Shown: positions 26,291-40,005 of the stretch, in pieces
Position numbering within the stretch: the stretch's first letter is position 1
Layout of the letters: every line of letters begins with the position of its first letter
Assembly: GCA_951406725.2 (NCBI GenBank)
Contig: OX597825.1
Location: 18,476,001-18,540,000 of the forward strand
Origin: Octopus vulgaris
Taxonomy: Eukaryota
Length of the DNA: 64,000 nucleotides
Direction: 5' to 3'
Program-made: the position numbers and the translations under genes
Notes under the pieces: generated by a model
Databases searched by the model: none
The model's input: only the letters and a program-made list of their open reading frames with translations
Told to the model about the DNA's origin: nothing

Positions 26291-26777
26291 CAGCAAATTA
26301 CGATACCAGTGCCAACACTATCACACTTTCTTCATAAGTCAGATGCTGATAGGCGAAAGAGGTTCGGAGACAGGTAGAGGATGTTAGTGGAAGTCATCAA
26401 ATTTGACCCTGCGCTCAGGCGGCCATAGGGTAATGGTCGACTTCCACAAACCTGAGGCAAAATGTGGAACCCTTATTCGTCAAAGAGATGAAATAGTCTA
26501 GAACATTTTATAATATTTTAAATAACCTCCTGTACGAAATGTATTGTTAGTCTACGTAGACTTAAGGGAAAAATCAGTCTGTTGTATTTCTCTTTAAACA
26601 TTCTACACAAGTTTCCTACTCTCTGTCTACGACTAGCGTTTGATCGATTTACGAACTTCGCGACCAGCGTAGTCAAACATCAACAGAACAAAGTTTACCC
26701 AGTTTGCCTGATCCTTCATCCAAGGATCAGCAATACAGGTCAAATGAAGCGCTACTTCTCTTCTTAATCAGACTTAC

Positions 26778-26911
26778 AAATAAAAATCTGAAGTGTGGGA
26801 ACGATGCCAGCAGCAGGAATAATTGATGGCTGTAATGTGCAGTGTGTGGAATCTGTGCCAACAGCAAGGATCAAGAATGCAATTCTAATATCGATGCGGG
26901 AGGAGAAGAAG
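26778..26911 (-). other. Candidate 134-nt exon, possibly non-coding or UTR
   Basis: Unique balanced-composition sequence bounded by tattattcag| and |gtaagt on the minus strand. Confidence 0.25.
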
Positions 26912-27501
26912 CTGAATAATATGTACACATTGATTTCTATACAGCAGGAATGTATATACATAAAGCTGGTTTATGCATGTAAGTGTATATATTTAAATGG
27001 ATGTTTGTACATTGAACGGCATGTATGTATGTTATAGTTGCTATGTTAGACGTGAGATAAGCAAATAGCCTCACACACACATACACGTCTTATTCTGCAG
27101 TGTGTATTGTGCCTTCATGATATAATGTGTAATTAACTAATTGTTGTGTGTGTTTCTGTGTGTATATTTTATGGTGTGTTAGTGTATGTATATCTGTACG
27201 CGTGTGATATATCGGAGATCATGTGACTACATAACACCATATATATTGTGGCTACCAGTATGTAAATATATATATATATATGTGTTTGTGTTTGTGTATG
27301 TATATATATGTGTGTGTATGTGAGGAGTCTGTGGTGTAAGTATTCATATGTATGGATATAAGTCTGTATGTATTCGTGTGTTTATGATATAGGAAGATTT
27401 CTGCGCTAATGCGATTCGATATAGCATTCTAAGTTGGCATGTTTAGCCGCATAGGACCATACATATATACACACAAGCAGATGTATACACATACATATAT
27501 T

Positions 27502-27569
<68 letters not shown>

Positions 27570-27579
27570 TGTATGTATG

Positions 27580-27664
<85 letters not shown>

Positions 27665-27872
27665 GTATATATATGTATGTATGTATGTATGTATACATGT
27701 ATGTAAACACAAATGTAAATGTTTAAAATGATGGCATCTTTTACATGGAGATGATCTATATACATGAATTTGATGTGAGTGTATGAATTTATGGATAACG
27801 CCGTGTCTACTACGGACAGAATCAACAAGAGTGTTTGAGATTTCGCAAATATTGACTTTGTGTATATATATA

Positions 27873-28315
27873 TTCTTTTATTATTTTATTCTTTTACTTG
27901 TTTCACTCATGTGACTGCGGTCATGTTGGAGCACTGCATTTACTCGAACAAATCGACGCCAGGACTTACTCTTTGGAAGCCTAGTACTTATTCTATCGTC
28001 TCTTTTGCCGAACCGCTAAGTTACGGGGACATAAACACTCCAACATCGGTTGTCAAGCGATGGTGTGGGAACGAACACACACTCGCACACACATGCACAT
28101 ACACACACAGACATACACACACATACACACACACATATATATATATATATATACGACAGACTTCTTTCAGTTTCCGTTTACCAAATCCATCCACAAGTCT
28201 TTGGTCAACCCGAAGCTGCAGTAGAAGACTCTTGCCCAAGGTTCCACGCAGTGGGACTGAACCCGGAACCATGTGGTTGTTATGCAAGCTACTTATCACA
28301 CATCCACTCATGCGC

Positions 28316-28317
<2 letters not shown>
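27873..28317 (-). mobile_element. SINE family A, full length
   Basis: Complete reverse complement of the family consensus. Confidence 0.9.
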
Positions 28318-28358
<41 letters not shown>

Positions 28359-30689
28359 TTCGTTTTTGTGTGTGCATGTGCGTGTATTTTTATGTGTGTC
28401 TGTATGTGTTTGTGTTCGTGTGTGTGTACGTGTGTGTGTACGTGTGTGCGTGTCTGTGTGTATGTATGTTTTATGTGTGGGACGCAGATTGCGCTGCTGA
28501 TTTCGATTAAATCTTTGCAACTCATCACGTGATTTAGGCTCGAAAGATAAATATCACTGCACGGCATGTTAAGACTGCGGAAGGAAAGGAAGGAAAGAAG
28601 GAAAGAAGGAAAGAAAGAAAGGAAGAAAGAAGGAAATAAATAAAGAAGGAAGGAAGGAAAGAAAGAAAGAAAGAAAAATGTAAGAAGGGAACAAAGAAAG
28701 AAAAGGAAAGACAGGAAAACAATAATGGAAGACTACGAAGGAGGAGGAAGAGGAGCCAGGAAGAGGAAGGAAAAATAAACAAAACATTACAAACAGTAAA
28801 TAAAAGAACCGACAATAACAGCAACAACAACAGGAAAAACAACAACAGCGACGTTAATAATGAATGCAAAAATCAATAGCAAAATATAATAACAACCACA
28901 TATTTATTTATTTATTTGTTTATTTATATTTGTTTTTGTTTTTTTTAAATATTATTTATGTTTATAATTATAAGTAAAAAGGGTTTGCATTATTCAAAGA
29001 GGGAGAAATGTGTATGCAAATGTATGTATGTATGTATGTATGTATGTATGTATGTATGTATGTATGTATGTATGTATGTAGGTATGTATGTACGTGTGTA
29101 TGTATGCATGCATACATGCGCATATGTATGTATGCATGTATGTACACAATTACGCATGTCTATGTGTGTGTGTGTGTGTATGTAATGTATGTATATATGT
29201 ATATAAATATATACATATATATACATATATATCGATATAAGGGTATGGATATTGAATATATACATATATGCATACAATATCTATATACATCATATATGTA
29301 TATATGTATGTATATGTATATATATATATATATACATACATAGATTCACAAACACATTAAAAAATATATATATACACATATGTGTGTGTGTGTATGTATG
29401 TATATGTATGTATAATACGTATATGCATATATCCATGTATGTATCTTTCTAAGGATACTTGCGTATCAATAATTGTAAATACGTATCGAAATTATATTAC
29501 ATAGCATTTGGAATTGGATTGACTGTATTCTACAGAATTTTGTCTTACTTATTTTTTTGTTTGTATTTCATGTTGCTATTTATTGTATATATTATTATTA
29601 TTATTATTATTATTGTTGTTGTTGTTTTTGTTGTTGTTGTTGTTGTTTTAAATAATAGTTGTGGCCTTAGTGTTAGTAGTTACGGTCGTAGGAGGAGAAG
29701 CGGGAAGAGGAGGCGATGCAAGAGGAGAAATGGCCGGGACGTGGATGCAAAGAAGTTACACTGCATCCAACATTAACTGCAGACGGCACAGTGGAGTGGG
29801 AGGGTCATGTGATTCAAGACCAGCAGCCTGCAGTATTCTGGCGACCAATCGAACACCCAGACTGTCTTTTCTGATTGTATTGGAAATATGCAAAATAACG
29901 ATGGTGTAATCCTATTACTATGGGATATAACCAATGGCAGAAGTAGTCATAGTTGTTGTTGTGATGATTAAATGGTAAAGTTGGTTGTAGCGGCTGTAGT
30001 ATTGGCAGTGGTGGTGGTGGTTGTGGTGGTTTTGTGGTGGTGGATAGACTTATAACGGCAATGATATCATTAATATTGGTGTTTCTACATAACTTTTATT
30101 GCGGCGGTTTTGGTGCCATTAATAATAACGGTAACTTTATTTGTTCACGATGTTGTTGTTCATGCTGCTGTCTTTGTTGTTGTTTTTTAATCCTTCAAAC
30201 CAACTCTGATTAAGTAGAACTGTGATCAGAGACACTGTCAAGTATTGACCGCCCCCACCTATTATGTCTTAGCAGATACAGTCTATCTAGGATTACATTA
30301 GATAATGTCACCTACTGTAAAAATAACCCCCAACCCAAACCTGGGGCATATCAATCTGGAGAACTTTTGCCTGCTTCATCTATGACGTCTAGGAGCCACA
30401 TAGACCGTTCCTCGTTGGCCTGTTAGACACAAAGAATAAACCACAAAGAATAATCTTTAATTCGAGCCTATTCTAAGCTACCAAGAATGCTTGCGGCATT
30501 CTTGAAGATCCACTTACCACACGCGATAGAGTGGCGGTTCCACGGGCGCGTAAACTACGTTGTTACCTTCATTCTGTAAACGGTGGCTTTTAACTGGTGG
30601 AGAGCTGAAACATCCTGGGGTACAGAGGATTCGCAATCTAGACTAGGATCTGAAAGTTTTACCACACCATAGTGGGTTACACTATGGTT

Positions 30690-30897
30690 CCTCTATCTGT
30701 GGCAGAAGTAACTAGAAAGAGTGATAGAAATTATGGTGAAAGAGTACAGTGGGGTTCACCCCTCCCCCACTCCGGAGCCTCACGGAGCTTAGATGTTTTT
30801 GCTCAATAAACACTCACAATTTCTGGTCTGGGAATAGAAACCACGTTCTTACGACCGCGAGTCCACTGCTCTAATCACTGTCCTACTGCGCTTCCAC
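30690..30897 (-). mobile_element. tRNA-derived SINE family C, 5' part
   Basis: Reverse complement matches the head of 45721-46030 (ggactcgcggtcg...cccagacc...gtgtttattgagc). Confidence 0.8.
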
Positions 30898-30937
30898 TTA
30901 ATTGTTGGAACATATGGTCGTTTTGTTAATTGTAATG

Positions 30938-31146
30938 TTATTGTTCATTATTTACATTATTTACATTCGACGGATATTTGTCCTCATCTTGTTTGTTGTT
31001 AACGCAACATTTCGGCTGATATACCCTCCAGCCTTCATCGGGTGTCTTGGGGAAATTTTGAACCTGGGTTCTCATTCCTAAAGTAATTTTCGATGTTGTC
31101 GTTGTTGTTGTTGTTGTTATTATTATTATTATAACTATTATTATTA

Positions 31147-31204
<58 letters not shown>

Positions 31205-31498
31205 TACTACTATTACTATTATTATAATTATTATTATTATTCAGGTCACTGCCTGGAATCAAATACTGAATCTTGGGGTTAGTAGCCCGCGCTCTTAACC
31301 ACTACGCCATATGCCCATCGAAAAGTACCTTAGGAATGAGAACCCAGCTTCGAAATTTCCCCAAGTCACCTGATGAAGACTGGAGGGCATATCAGCCGAA
31401 ACGTTGAGTTAACAATAACCAGGATGAGGAGAAATAACCGTCGAATGAAAATAATGTAAATAATGTACATAATTCCTCATCTCTTAACTATAGAACTG
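30938..31498 (-). mobile_element. Composite element: tRNA-like head, (AAT)n, hammerhead-bearing tail, plus an inverted tail copy at its 5' end
   Basis: Head 31316->31242 gggcatatggcgtagtggttaagagcgcgggctactaacccc (A box TGGCGTAGTGG). Arms 30938-31095 and 31316-31472 are reverse complements. HHR motifs at 31001-31046 (-) and 31365-31410 (+). Confidence 0.8.
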
Positions 31499-31550
31499 TT
31501 CGAACATTTTGTGGTTGTTAAATATACTGGTGATGGGTAGCCCTAAATGC

Positions 31551-31875
31551 GTGAAGGCGCATGGCTTAGTGGTTACAGTCTCGGTCTCACAATCAAGAGG
31601 TAGCAATTTCGATTCCTGGCCCCGTCTGTATGTCGTGCTCTTGAGCAAGACTCTTTATTTCATGTTGCTGCAGTTCACCGAGCTGTAAAAATGAGTTGCG
31701 ACGTCACTGATGCCAAGCTATATCGGCCTTTCCCTTGGAAAACATCAGTGGTGTGGAGAGGGGAGTCTGGTATGCATGGGTAACTGCTGGTCTTCCATAA
31801 ACAACCTTGTGTAGACTTGTACTTCTGAGGGTAACTTTCTAAGTGCAATCCCATGCTCATTCACGACCGAAGGCA
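31551..31875 (+). mobile_element. tRNA-derived CORE-like SINE family D
   Basis: tggcttagtggtt A box, ttcgattcc B box, CORE-like 'tcttgagcaagactctttatttc...ctgtaaaaatgag'; second copy at 49640-49970 (-). Confidence 0.8.
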
Positions 31876-32144
31876 AGGCAGTCAGTACCCTTTTTTGTGC
31901 CTTTCATCCTTTCGTGATCCATTAAATAAGTACCACTGGGGTTGATATAATCGACTTAATTCCTTTGTCCGTCCTTGTTTGTCCCTTCTATGTTTAGCTG
32001 TGGGCAATAAATAAATAAATAAATATTTGATCACAGAGCGTAGAAATTCGGGGCATATAGCGTACATTTTATCATTCTCTTTCTAACACCATTTATCGAA
32101 CACAATGTATAAAGTGGTGCTTGTATCAAATATTTGTCATTTGT

Positions 32145-32385
32145 TCCTTCTTGAGTCATGCCTGGCTCATAAGGGCCGGTTTCCCAGTTTCCTTGGCGTA
32201 TAGGTTCCCCCCACCTGGACAGGACGCCGGTCCGTCGCAGTTGAAATGCAAGATGCAGGAGGAAAGAGTGAGAGAAAGTTGTAGCGAAAGAGTCAGCAGA
32301 AGTTCGCCATTTCCTTCTACCAGAGCCGCGTGGAGCTTAGGTGTTTCGCTCATAAACATACATATCCGGTGTGAGATTCGAACAT
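32145..32385 (-). mobile_element. SINE family C variant (V-domain-like 3' half)
   Basis: 'gggccggtttcccagtttc...cctggacaggacgccggtccgtcgcag' is the reverse complement of a V-domain-like motif shared with 37520 and 45721. Confidence 0.75.
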
Positions 32386-32810
32386 AATTTATAAACTGGT
32401 GCTTGTATCAAATATAGTGTGAGTATTTTATTAACCGTTAAATTTCTTAGTCGCGTGACGTCGTTGTAAGGACGTGAGTTCGATTTTAGGACAGTGGGTT
32501 GTTGTATTTTTGAACCAGGTATTATTCTTCAGGATTATCTCATCTGCTCAGCTGAAAATGAGTACTACACGAATTCTAGTCTAGCTCCTTGTCTTCTCCG
32601 CATCCAAATATTCCGCTAAGCCAAGGAATAAGATGGCTGAGAGGTTATTTCTGCCTGCTTGCGTGTACATAAGTACCTAAAAGAATAACATAAACATGTT
32701 ACTAACAACCCCATCGAATATTCTAGCAACTTAAGGGCTATGCCCTTTCTACTAGAAATCTTGACTTATAAAAATTCTTATAAAACGAGCCTCTATACAT
32801 TATCGGTATT

Positions 32811-33219
32811 TCTCTTTTACTTGTTTCAGTCATTTGACTGCGGCCATGCTGGAGCACCGCCTTTAATCGAGCAACTCGACCCCGGGACTTATTCTTTGTA
32901 AGCCCAGTACTTATTCTATGAAACTCTTTTGCTGAACCGCTAAGTGACAGGGACATAAACACACCAGCATCGGTTGTCAAGCAATGCTAGGGGGACAAAC
33001 ACAGACATACAAACATACACGTACACACATATATATATATATATATACATATATACGACAGGCTTCTTTCAGTTTCCGTCTACCAAATCCACTCACAAGG
33101 CTCTGGTCGGCCCGAGGCTATAGTAGAAGACACTTGCCCAAGGTGCCACGCAGTGGGACTGAACCCGGAACCACGTGGTTTGTAAGCAAGCTACTTACCA
33201 CACAGCCACTCCTGCGCCT
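32811..33219 (-). mobile_element. SINE family A, young full-length copy
   Basis: Near-consensus along its whole length. Confidence 0.95.
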
Positions 33220-34540
33220 ATATGTACATTTTGTGAATTTTGCAAGAAGTTTTGGTTATCATTTCATGGTGGCCTATTGCATATTGAAGCGAGAATATAT
33301 TTGGCCAAATATGAATAATCGTCAAAGTTACTCATATTGATATCTGGAAAAGGATTATTATCATTTACATATTTACATGATCATATATACATATTACGTG
33401 TATGTGTATCCCACCACCCATATATATTTAGATAATCTTCATAGAAATTCCGTGAATCAAATGAGCATTATATTGTTAAGATATCAAAAGGAGGAGAATA
33501 AAATGCTGGATTTAGCCTATTCGTCTTATAATAGAAGCGTTATAACAACGTGTTTCATTAAACATTTTGCTGCGAATAAATCACAACAGCTGAACAACTT
33601 TGACTAGAATGTCAATTAAACGTTTGAAGGGGTAGAGAGATTTCTTCCCTGGGGCGTGCAAGCTCCTTATTAATTTAACTTTAATTAGAACATTCTTCAA
33701 CAAAAGGATACAAGGTTTTGCATAATGTGGTCTCTGTGGAAAGCCAGGATGTTTGGAAGCTCCAATGAAATTACAGTAATATTCAGAAGTAGCTCCACTC
33801 ATTAGGATTCCCTCACCTAAAGAGGGACAATATAATAGGACAGTCAACTATAAAATCTCTACGTAATAGCTTGATCTGATAGAAACAACGACCAAGTGAC
33901 GAACAACTTTCCTTTAGATCACAGCCTTGAGTCAACAGCAAATTTTCTATGTATTCACTCAATCAGCTAGAAATAACAACCAAATTTCCCTTAAATGCAA
34001 ACTAAAAATGTCTTCTATGTAAAGTCGCACAGATTACAGAAAAATATCATCCAAATTTTTCTTAAATCAGAAACTAGAATCTCAAAAAATTAAGAACATA
34101 TTAGATAAAATGTACAGTGATACTTCTAGAAATAAATAAATAATTCTTGTCAGGAAGATGTATTGATCGCGAATCTGCTCGATTAGGGCAGACCTGGGGT
34201 TAAACAGCTCCTCCTACTTTTCCTCCTCTTCCTTTTACTACTACTATTACTAGTACTAAGGATAGCCTTACAGTGAAGCGAATTACATTTGTAAGAATAA
34301 CTATGTAGATGTCGATCGATATCAATGATAAGATCCAATAACTGATCTATCTGTTAAATAATTAGCATGTGATGATATGAACTTTTAGAAGAATGCGTCA
34401 TGCCATGAAAGAGCAAACAACGAACTTTCTATGTAGTCCATTGACCGGTTAGAACTAACAAACAAATTTTCCTTAAACCAAAGCCTACGTTTTTGAAACT
34501 GGAAAGGACAGACTGGCTCACATTACAGAACGGTATACGG

Positions 34541-34875
34541 TAGTGTAGAAGTGGCTGTGTGGTAAATAGCTTGCTTACCAACAACATGGTTCCGGGTTCA
34601 GTCCCACTGTGTGGCACCTTGGGCAGGTGTTTTCTACTGTAGCATCGGGCCGACCAAAGCTTTGTGAGTGGATTTGGTAGACGGAAACTGAAAAAAGCCC
34701 GTCGTATGTATGTATGTATGTTTGTATGTATGTATGTGTGTATGCGCTTGTCTGTCTATGTTTGTCCCACCACAACATCACTCGACAACCGATGCTGGTG
34801 TGTTTACCTCCCCGTAACTTAGCGGTTCAGCAAATGAGACCGATAGAATAAGTACTAAGCTTACAAATAATATGT
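34541..34875 (+). mobile_element. SINE family A, 3'-truncated; abuts a minus-strand CORE-like SINE (34880-35072)
   Basis: Consensus head and body; downstream 'caagaacacaacgcac...gaatcgaaccc' is a reversed tRNA/CORE head. Confidence 0.85.
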
Positions 34876-35479
34876 CGCTGGATGGGTGAGCAGGAAAACA
34901 TTGCCCCTGATCGGAGGACTAGTCCGTCGCAAGCTTACTTGAACTGGGGCAACACCAACGTAAAAGGAAATGTTTCGTTCAAGAACACAACGCACTTGCC
35001 GGTCTCCGAATCGAACCCACTATCTACCGATAGTGAGTGCAACAAACTATCCACCAGGCACGTGCCTTCGCATTTATATTATTATAATACCATAGAAATT
35101 ATTCTGTAGTAAAACAGATGTACTGGAAAGTTTTAGTACATCATTGTATGTAACAGTAGCTAAAGTATGGTTGAATGATCACTTCGCAACCAGGAAGACA
35201 CGGTTTCGATTCCACTGCGTAGGAGATAATGCAAATATAATTTTAAATAGCCTCGTGCCGATATGTATTTTATAGTAGTATGCATACGGAAATTGTATAG
35301 AAGCCTTCCGTCTCGGGTGGAATTTTCGTGTGGAATTTTCTTGTAACCCAATAGATTGAGGTTTCTTGATTACAACCAAGAAATTAAATTAGAATAGATG
35401 CATATGTGGAGTACTCGGGAATTCACGTATTAATTCCGAACCACGAACAGTTAAATCCTCATCGCCGAACGACAGACAA

Positions 35480-35836
35480 TCATCCACTACCATTACCACC
35501 ACCTCCACCACCACTACTACAACCACCACCACCACAACTACCAACACCACCAACACCAACACCAACACCACCATCACAACCCCCCACCACCACCATCACC
35601 ACCACCATCATCATCATCACCGTCACTACCATCATCACCACCTTCACCACTGCTCTCACCATCACCACAAACACTATCAAACACAACCACTATCACCAAC
35701 AACACCACTGTCATCATCAACACCACTATCATCACCACCATATCATCATCATCACCATTAGCGCCTCCGTTACCGTTACCGCTACCATCACCATCACCAC
35801 ATCACCACCACCAACACCACCACCAACACCACCACC
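35480..35836. repeat. (CAC/CAT/CAA)n low-complexity trinucleotide tract
   Basis: Directly visible; generates the Pro/Thr/His-rich pseudo-ORF. Confidence 0.9.
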
Positions 35837-36689
35837 GGATTTAATAAAATACTGCTATCGATTTTGCTCTTCCTGATTTACAAACCTGTTCACCAGTTCA
35901 ATCAGGGTTAAAATTATTTTATTTTTTTCAGGAATCCTAACCAGAGTACTGCAGATAAGATACGAAACCGCGAAGCCTTGTCTCTTAGACTGATCGACAC
36001 CACATACCAGTCGCCAAAGTCCAAATCTTAGGCGAGTTGCGGTGCCAATTAAAAGAGAAAAACACTCTGAGAAAATTGTATTAAAAATGTGTTGAATAAA
36101 GGTAACATAAGAATATTCGCATTTGTTTCATATTTCTTATGAAAGATTTCATTGTTTCAGCTGTTGCTGTTTTATTGTTGATTGAATAGTAATTGTAGCT
36201 ATACGACTGTCTGTTGTCTGCATTATATTAGTGTTGTGTGTGATAGGATAAATATTAGTTGACAATAGCTGTAAGTTGGTTCATCAATTGGGATTATTGT
36301 CTTACATTAAAAAGAGAAAATAAATCTATCTAAAAATGAAAAGCTGATAAAATGAGAATGACGCCACAGCCTCAAAGAAATGGCTGTTTTACTGACAAAC
36401 AATAGAGATGCAAATGACGACGAGGGAATATATATATATATAAATGTGTGTATATGTGTATATATGTATGTATATATATATATATATATGTATATACAAA
36501 TATATGTATATGTAATATATATATATATTCATAGACACACACATAAAAACAAACCTACTTAATCATATACACGCACCTATGTATGTGCATGTTTGTTATC
36601 AGTGTGTATATATATGTATATGTATGTATATATATATATATATGTATATGTATGTATATACATACATACATATATATAAATATACATAT

Positions 36690-36743
<54 letters not shown>

Positions 36744-36785
36744 GGTTTGTATACGCATACACACGCATATTATTATTATTATTTT

Positions 36786-36847
<62 letters not shown>

Positions 36848-37519
36848 CACGTATTTCTTTAAAATATTTCCCACTTTCTCTGTGTGAATGGCGGCATGGA
36901 TGCACGTGTATGTCTGAATGTATGCTTGTATCTGTATGTGTGTGAATGTGTTTATGTGTGTGTGTGTGTGTGTGTGTGCGTACGAGTGTGTGCATATGTG
37001 TTTGTGCGTATATGTGTGTGTGTGTATATATGTGTGTGCGTATCTTTTTTGTCGTTGTAGCGAACAAAAAGAAAATTTAATATTGATATATTATGCCTCA
37101 GCGTACTTGAAATAATCACACACAATCACCTTTTATGTACAAACACAAATACACTCATATATTTATAATACACACATGTGTATAATATATAATAATAATA
37201 AAGACAGTATATATATCTTGTTACAGACATATCATTTTATCAGTTGTAAGTTCTACAGAATGGCGAGTATTTGATCTTAGATAATTTTAAACTCATCTTA
37301 ATCTAACATCCATAAACAATTTAGCTTAAAAGTTTATAAGCTAAATATCCTTTTCATAAATCTATAGAATCTATACGCTGCTATTTGTACTGACAGTAGG
37401 ATATTATCAGTGGAAACTGATAAAAGGATACTGATTTTTCTAGAAATTTGGGTTTGCTTTTAGGATTAAAATGAAAACCAGACGTACGGTTTAGTATAAT
37501 AAGTATATAATAATAAAAA

Positions 37520-37769
37520 ATGCGCCCTTTTTAAAGCCTAGCCAGACTCATGGACGCGGTTTCCCGGTTTCTATGGCTTATGTGTTCTCCAGCTGGACGG
37601 GACGCCAGTCCATCGCAGCGTTACTCATTTTTGCCAGCTGAGTGGACTGGAGCAACGTGAAATGAAGTGTTTTACTCAAGAACACAACGCGTCGCCCGGT
37701 CCAGGAATCGAAACCACAATCTTACGATCATGGTGCAGACACCCTAACCACTAAGCCCCGCGCCTCCAC
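37520..37769 (-). mobile_element. tRNA-derived SINE with CORE-like and V-like domains, full length
   Basis: Reverse complement: gtggaggcgcggggcttagtggttaggg...ttcgattcctgg...ttgtgttcttgagtaaaacac...gctgcgatggactggcgtcccgtccag...aaaaagggcgca. Confidence 0.88.
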
Positions 37770-38039
37770 TATAAGTATATATAATTACATATATTAAATT
37801 CATGATACTTTCTTCGTGTTTTTGAAGATCATGAGGAAGGGAGTCAACACTAGGTAACTACGTAAACTGATCTTTAAACGTCAGGCTCTTCCGCAATTGT
37901 GGTACATCTACAGGCTTTGGTCAAATGAAAGTTTGGACGACAACTCGTTTGTATTTGCCGTTTCTCATCCGCTGTAGTCACTCTGGCTTTCTCAAAGTTG
38001 TTTGTAGCGATCTGGTTGCTGTCTCGTCAAATTTATGCT

Positions 38040-38200
38040 GCTTCAACAATGAATACCTCCAGCAGGTCAATATCTCCAGCATTCAAGCCGTGCTTCTGCT
38101 CAGTCAGTTCAGATGGGCAGGACATATCTGACGTATGGGCAAATTGAGAATCCCGAAAGCAATATACTGCAGTGCTGCCAGGACAAAAGAAACTGGGGAT
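38040..38200 (+). pseudogene. Short RTE-clade LINE C-terminal fragment
   Basis: NNEYLQQVNISSIQAVLLLSQFRWAGHI*RMGKLRIPKAIY matches the RTE pattern 'N.EVL....SI...L...QLRWAGH..RM...R.PK.I.Y'. Confidence 0.75.
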
Positions 38201-38524
38201 TCCATTGGAAGCTCAAATAGACAAAAATAGAAGCCAGTGGCTGGATAAGTCAGCACAAGGAAACGCATAGATGTATAGAATATATCATATGAAAAACGCA
38301 TATGAATATACGAAGAATATCTAAGGTGATACACCAGTTATATATGTTGAAATATGATGATGATGACGATGAAGATATTGTCAATAAAATAAATTTCATG
38401 CTATTTGCTGCTCATTATAGTGAGGTGTTAATTGGAAAGACGTTTCATAACAACTTCATCTAAAATTTAGGAGCAAAGATTTCTACCTATGTTAAGCCGA
38501 TGGCAATATTATTAGTGTTTCCCA

Positions 38525-38551
<27 letters not shown>

Positions 38552-38558
<7 letters not shown>

Positions 38559-38720
38559 TTTATTTAGAGCAGCAGAAAATTCAACAAAACCTGTTACTCT
38601 GAGTTTCCCGTTGCCATTCATCGGACAGTTTTTGCTAGCAAAATAAAGCATATTACTCAACCACTGGTATTTGAGTACTCTTTTTTCCACCTTGTTTCAC
38701 ATTTATGTATTTACTCCGGT
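38552..38720 (-). mobile_element. Penelope-type remnant with degenerate type I hammerhead (38591-38628), between (TA)n and (TACA)n
   Basis: Minus strand: CUGU-CCGAUGA-auggcaacgg-GAAA-CUCAGAG-UA-ACAG. Stems I and III pair; U4 and stem II are mutated. Confidence 0.6.
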
Positions 38721-38814
38721 ATACATACATACATACATACATACATACATACATACATACATACACACATACATACATATATACATACATGCATATATAG
38801 TTATAATCATACAT

Positions 38815-39005
38815 ACTGGTTGGGCCAGCAGGCCCCGTCTCCTGATCAGAAAGTCATTCCATCGCTGTGTAACCCATTTACAGCTACGTTGACTGGAGAA
38901 ATGGGAAATGAAGTATTTTGCTCAAGAACACAACGCGCAGCCTGGTCCGGGAATCGGACCTGCGATGATCGCAAGTGCGAAACCTTAACCACTAGGCCAC
39001 TTGTC
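38815..39005 (-). mobile_element. CORE-like tRNA SINE
   Basis: 'ttgctcaagaacacaacgcg...gggaatcgg...cttaaccactaggccac' is a reversed tRNA head plus CORE. Confidence 0.75.
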
Positions 39006-39089
39006 TTGACACAGACAGACACATTTACAGACACACTGACACACATGTATATATACATTCGTATCTCCGTGTCTGTATACATATGCATT

Positions 39090-39124
<35 letters not shown>

Positions 39125-39183
39125 GCAGATATATATATATATGTATATAAATAAAAATGCACATACATATATATATATATATA

Positions 39184-39223
<40 letters not shown>

Positions 39224-39859
39224 ATGAGAAGAGTCTGGGGAAGCAGAATAGATGAGAATGAAATTTAAAGTGGTGTAAGTTTCAGAAAAGTCAGAGATGT
39301 ATTAAACGGAATAATGAAACGATTAAATCTTCAAAATAAATAAACTGTTGATATGAAGGAAAAATTGGTAAACTATTCGAAAAAAGAATTGGTTTCCTAA
39401 GAAAAGAAATATCACATGTGTCTTTCGTAAATTTATGACTGTCGTTTTTCGAGACTTTGTTTACATTAGGGAATCAAATACTTTGAATATTTATTTCGTT
39501 CTCACCTGATATGTAGAATGACGACCAAACGTTTATATAAAATAAATTATTATACAAGATGGGAAATATTCATAAACTGTTTTGATAAAATATATCCCTT
39601 TCATTGTTTAATGGTGTATTTATAGTTGTGGGTCGTCAGTTGGGATTTCAGTCATAAACAATTTTTCGTTTGTTATTTAAAAAACAGTTGCACCGCATCT
39701 TAGGCAAGTGTGTTTTGTTTGTTCATTTGTTTTCATTGTAGCCTTCTGTTGACTTAAGGCTTGTGAGTCGAATTGCTTAGACAGTAATTGTAATTGTATT
39801 CCAAAGGCCCAGTTTCTGTGTAATATTTTCTTTTGCTGATTGTGTCTGAGAAATTACGT

Positions 39860-40005
39860 TTTAGCGATTCGGCAAAATATACCGATAGAATAAGTACTAG
39901 GCTTACAAAGAATAAGTTCTGGTATCGATTTGCTCGACTAAAGGCGGTGCTCCAGCATGGCCACAGTCAAATGACTGAAATAAGTAAAAGAGTAAAAGAG
40001 AGTGA
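39860..40005 (+). mobile_element. SINE family A, 3' fragment
   Basis: ttagcgattcggcaaaatataccgatagaataagtactaggc...aagtaaaagagtaaaagag. Confidence 0.85.

Noticed and set aside
32984-33340. Recurrent peptide '[37 protein letters not shown]' suggesting a gene family
   Set aside because: It is the antisense translation of SINE family A.
35406-35876. Pro/Thr/His-rich ORF (similar one at 41633-41815)
   Set aside because: Trinucleotide low-complexity sequence with no splice or domain support.
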